Positions 58,545 through 64,000 of a DNA stretch of 64,000 nt are shown here, piece after piece. The notes below the pieces were generated by a model. That model was not told where the DNA came from. It was given only the letters and a program-made list of their open reading frames with translations, and ran no database searches. The position numbers were made by a program, and so were the translations under genes. Each line of letters begins with the position of its first letter. Position 1 is the stretch's first letter. The stretch comes from Candidatus Eremiobacteria bacterium (GTDB lineage Bacteria; Vulcanimicrobiota; Vulcanimicrobiia; Vulcanimicrobiales; Vulcanimicrobiaceae). The stretch covers positions 1,184,001 through 1,248,000 of the forward strand of contig CAVTRC010000001.1 in NCBI GenBank assembly GCA_963737065.1, written 5' to 3'.

Positions 58545-58943
58545 TTGCAATATCTCACTGAAGACGACGTTCTTGCGATTTACAGAGAGGTCATCGGAGA
58601 ACCCGCATTGCGGTATCCCAGTGGCCTTTCTTCTGCAGTAGGACGCCCGCAGCAGTCGGCATTTGGTGAAGACGCATATCCGACGATTCAGCTAAAGGCT
58701 GCAGCCCTTATGCAGTCGCTTGCCGAGAATCAACCTTTCGTTGACGGCAATAAGCGCATTGCATGGATTTGCGGAAAGCTATTCTTGCAGATTCACGGAT
58801 ACACGATGCATGCGACGGATAAGGAGGGAGCAGAACTCTTTTTAGAACGCATCGCAAATGGCATGACAATTGAGGACTTGTCGGAGTGGATTAGTCGCCA
58901 TATTTCCGTGCTTATTACAGACGAAAACGCAGGACTGACTTAA
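58545..58943 (+). CDS. Doc/Fic family toxin with a variant active-site motif
   Basis: LSSAVGRPQQSAFGEDAYP..KAAAL and NQPFVDGNKR motifs. Confidence 0.88.
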   Translation: MQYLTEDDVLAIYREVIGEPALRYPSGLSSAVGRPQQSAFGEDAYPTIQLKAAALMQSLAENQPFVDGNKRIAWICGKLFLQIHGYTMHATDKEGAELFLERIANGMTIEDLSEWISRHISVLITDENAGLT

Positions 58944-59800
58944 AGTCTTTTTTTGTGCCATCCAGTGGTCATATCCGTTCGCTACAATTGAACCATGAAC
59001 GAGCCGACCACCCTCCTCGAAGCCGTTCGCATCTTTGCAGACCCGCAAGTCGCTCATGACTACTTCCTCGGCCTCCGCTTTCCAAACGGTATCGCCTGCC
59101 CTCGGCACGGATGCGGTTCGGCGGACGTAGCAAAGATTTCAAACCGTAACGCGTGGCGCTGCCGCGACTGCAATCGCCAATTTATGGCCAAAGTCGGCAC
59201 GATCTTTGAGGACTTTGAGGACAGTCCTATCGGCTTCGACAAGTGGCCCGCGGCTATGTGGATGTTGTCCTCATGCCGTAACGGTGTATCATCCTGCCAT
59301 CGCCCGGGCGATCGGCGTCTGTCAGAAGACGGCGTGGTTCATGCTGCACCGCTTGCGTCACGCTATGAAAACCAAGACCTTCGAGCGTCTTTCGGGCGAG
59401 ATTGAAGTAGACGAGACGTTCATCGGCCCGCGTGGTCGCTCGATGACTCGTCGCCATGTTCTCCCGCCATCGAAGAAAGGCGGACGCGGTCCGACGTTCG
59501 GAAAGACGACCGTCATGGGATTCCGCGAACGCGGCGGAGATGTTCGCGCGTTTGTCGTTAAAGACAATCGCCGGAACACGCTGCTTCCGAAAGTTTTCGA
59601 GAACGTAATGCCCGGCGCGACCGTCTACACCGATGTGCTCGGCTCTTATCACGGCCTACGCGAAGCGTTCGTTCACCAAGTCATCAATCATGCCGAGTCC
59701 TATGTTGACGGTCGCATTCATACGAACAGCATTGAAAACTTCTGGAGCGTGCTGTTGACGCCGGCTGAAAATTGACCCACTTTGCTATGGGATCGCCGGT

Positions 59801-61616
<1,816 letters not shown>

Positions 61617-61666
61617 CGCGAACTTACGTTCGCGTCAGATCAGGCGGAACGGCTTAGTCAACTCTG

Positions 61667-62740
61667 TTAGGCGGCGACTTCAATACTATTCTGACTATTG
61701 CGCGCAAGTCGGTCTTGCATCGGTTGCAACCGATAAAACACAACCGTTGCCAGCTGCCGTTTGTGAGAACGCATCGCAGCTCGATGCGTCTTGCCCTCAG
61801 CTCGCTTACGCGCATAATAGAGTTGGCCCGGATGATTGCGCGTGCGGTTTTGGACCAACGCAATAACATGGAGTAATCGATTGAGCTGACGATCACCACC
61901 GGTGTTGACACGGACGCTCGCGTTGCGACCGCTCGAACACGGAACGGGCGCCGCCCCGGCGCGCATCGCGAAGCTCGCGGCATTGCGATACATGCAAAGA
62001 TTGCCGGCATGTCCAATGATCCCGGCAGCAACGACAATGGAAACGCCTCGAAGCTCCAGCAATTCGGGCGCAAGGCGCTTAACGAAAGGGCGCAGTTGGC
62101 GTTCCAGCTGATTCACTGCAGCATTGAGCCGGCGGATTTCCGAGATCGCCTCGTCGACCTCATCAGCAAGCGCATCACCGGTATAGCTCTTACCGCGATG
62201 ACCCGTTAGAAGATCTGCTGCATTCTGCAATGCAATTTCGGTGGTCATGTTCGAGGGCAGCGGTCCAATCGCCAGCCGCAATGCGGCATCCCGCAGCCGA
62301 TTTACAGCCTCCGTCCGCTGTCGCACAAGTCGATCGCGGCGATCATAACGTAACCGGACTGCTTCCTGTTCATCCAGACGTTCGCAACGCCGCAAGCGAT
62401 CGGATTCGCGCAGAACTGCTTCGGCAATCGCTCGAGCGTCGAGTGGATCGGATTTTCCTCTTCGGCTTGCGTGTTTGCGGTGACGTTTAGTGAACGAACC
62501 TGGAACCTCGTATACGACGGCGTTGCTTTTCAGCAGAGCATCGGCGAAGCCACGTCCGAACGAACCACTTCCCTCAAGACCCCATTCAACGGTGCCAAAC
62601 GACCGTGCTCTTTCGATCGCAGTCGCATACCCTGCGGCGTTCGTTGCAATGGTGATCTCCGAGAGCGCTTTCCCAACTCCATCAACGAATACGATGGTGT
62701 GAGAATCCTTGTGACAATCGACGCCCGCAACGACGCGCAT
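61667..62740 (-). CDS. IS110 family transposase/recombinase (DEDD)
   Basis: GVDCHK, LEGSG, KSDPLDA, APVPCSSG and GDRQLNRLLH motifs, with an AAGGAG SD. Confidence 0.95.
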   Translation of the reverse strand: MRVVAGVDCHKDSHTIVFVDGVGKALSEITIATNAAGYATAIERARSFGTVEWGLEGSGSFGRGFADALLKSNAVVYEVPGSFTKRHRKHASRRGKSDPLDARAIAEAVLRESDRLRRCERLDEQEAVRLRYDRRDRLVRQRTEAVNRLRDAALRLAIGPLPSNMTTEIALQNAADLLTGHRGKSYTGDALADEVDEAISEIRRLNAAVNQLERQLRPFVKRLAPELLELRGVSIVVAAGIIGHAGNLCMYRNAASFAMRAGAAPVPCSSGRNASVRVNTGGDRQLNRLLHVIALVQNRTRNHPGQLYYARKRAEGKTHRAAMRSHKRQLATVVFYRLQPMQDRLARNSQNSIEVAA

Positions 62741-62759
62741 GCGTTCTCCTTTTATGCGA

Positions 62760-62900
62760 GGTTACCGCAGACGTCGGCGATCCCTTATTGAGCATTTGCA
62801 CTCGGCTTACCAGCCAAAACGCGCTGCGGAAAAGACGCGCCTGCCGGCCATTCCACCCCAAGCCAATCCGACTGTCAATTTTGGAGCCAGAGCAGACGCA
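62760..62900 (-). ncRNA. Candidate IS110 bridge RNA
   Basis: Two stem/internal-loop/hairpin modules whose loops match the target flank and the element ends. TATGAT -10 at 62911-62906. Confidence 0.7.
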
Positions 62901-63120
62901 CCCTAATCATACATATAAGGGGTCAATTTTCAACCGGCGGGGTGGGTCAACTTTACTCCGGCGCTAACACGTGCTAAAGAGAACGCTCGGCGGCACGTAC
63001 ATTTGCCCGCGTCCCAAACACCTCGATGCGTACTTAGACGAACAGATTAAATCTCTCGTTTGTTCCAAAAGCGCGTCGAAGACGTCTTCGACGCCGACTC
63101 TGTAGACTAAGGAGCTCACA

Positions 63121-64000
63121 ATGAAAGCGTCTCCCCGAGTGCTGCTCGCCGCAGCCTTCTGTTTCGGTCTTGCGTTTTGGCCTCACACCGGAGCGTTCGC
63201 CAGTGCAACGCTGCCGCCGCTCCCGCAGCCGGCAGCCTCCTTCGATTCCGGGATGCTGCATGTCGACCGCTATGGCAACGGTTCAAAAGCGATCGTCTTC
63301 ATTCCCGGACTTGGCTGCGGCCCATGGAGTTGGGCTGAACAAATTCGCCACTTCTCGTCAACCTACACCGTCTATGCGATTACGCTTCCGGGATTCGATG
63401 GACGGCCGTTCACACCACAATCCGATCTCTTTGCGGCTTTCGATCGCGACTTCTGGGCGTTCGTCCGAACCCAACACCTCGAGAAGCCGGTAGTCGTCGG
63501 ACATAGTTTGGGCGGTACGCTCGCCTTTGAACTCGCCGAATCGCATCCGGAACGTCTGGGCGGCGTCGTCGCGCTCGACGGCTTGCCGGTTTTCCCGATG
63601 CTCGCGCAGTCTACGCCGGCTCAACGCGAAGCAGCCGCAACGAAATTGGCGTCGTCGATCGCGCAGCAAACGCACGATCAACTTCTGGCCTACGAAGTTT
63701 CGTACATGAAGCAGATCGGAACCGTGAACGACGATCTCGACACGCCGGTCGCGACGCTCGTGGCAAAGAGCGATCCAAACGCGATCGCGGCGTGGGGCGC
63801 AGCCGATTTGCGCAGCGATCTTCGCGACGGGCTTGTGAAAGCCGACGTACGAATCGTGGAGTTGATGCCGTACGCGCAGCCCAGTCCGTATTCGAAAGAT
63901 CAGACGATCGCATTTTACCGGCTTCTCGTTTCGGGCGCGCCAAAAGTGGACGTCGTTCCGATCGACGGCGCCCGTCACTTCGCGATGCTGGATCAACCGC
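63121..64000 (+). CDS. Secreted alpha/beta hydrolase, truncated by the window end (absent from the ORF track)
   Basis: AAGGAG SD. Manual translation gives MKASPRVLLAAAF...VFIPGLG...LPGFDG...VVGHSLGG...ARHFAMLDQP. Confidence 0.9.
   Translation, partial: MKASPRVLLAAAFCFGLAFWPHTGAFASATLPPLPQPAASFDSGMLHVDRYGNGSKAIVFIPGLGCGPWSWAEQIRHFSSTYTVYAITLPGFDGRPFTPQSDLFAAFDRDFWAFVRTQHLEKPVVVGHSLGGTLAFELAESHPERLGGVVALDGLPVFPMLAQSTPAQREAAATKLASSIAQQTHDQLLAYEVSYMKQIGTVNDDLDTPVATLVAKSDPNAIAAWGAADLRSDLRDGLVKADVRIVELMPYAQPSPYSKDQTIAFYRLLVSGAPKVDVVPIDGARHFAMLDQP

Larger units (their letters stand above)
61651..62921 (-). mobile_element. IS110-family element inserted into an IS21 left-end repeat (boundaries +/-5 bp)
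   Basis: A CC dinucleotide at both junctions (minus strand). Removing the element restores TTGACCCgttcCGCC in register with the neighbouring TTGACCCacccCGCC repeat. Confidence 0.8.

Noticed and set aside
62837..62843. CAGGCG as the right target guide of the bridge RNA
   Set aside because: It is complementary to the target flank, but is better explained as part of the closing stem with GCGTCTGC.

Overview
GC-rich bacterial chromosomal window, probably from Candidatus Eremiobacterota/Vulcanimicrobiota (inferred from the TonB-dependent receptor N-terminus and the general protein style; not verified). Most of 1-49.6 kb is housekeeping and peptide-foraging genes: five secreted peptidases, leuS, comEA/comEC, kup, a DEAD-box helicase with infA, msrA, a TBDR and an OPT transporter. 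Five genes carry single +1 frameshifts that look like assembly errors. The standout is a compact candidate thioamide-RiPP cluster at 50.0-55.9 kb: a single-chain TfuA-YcaO fusion, a SAM methyltransferase, a 92-aa precursor-like peptide and a convergent large ATP-binding LuxR regulator. The 57.5-63.1 kb end is a nested mobile region. An IS110 sits inside an IS21 (5-bp target duplication), which sits inside an IS1595 transposase, next to an RHH/Doc toxin-antitoxin pair. The IS110 leader looks like a bridge RNA, with guide-like segments matching IS21 terminal repeats. Also notable: a degenerate second copy of the comEC 3' end, possible ATC starts for the helicase and infA, and an orphan ~200-nt structured RNA candidate at 45.36-45.56 kb.
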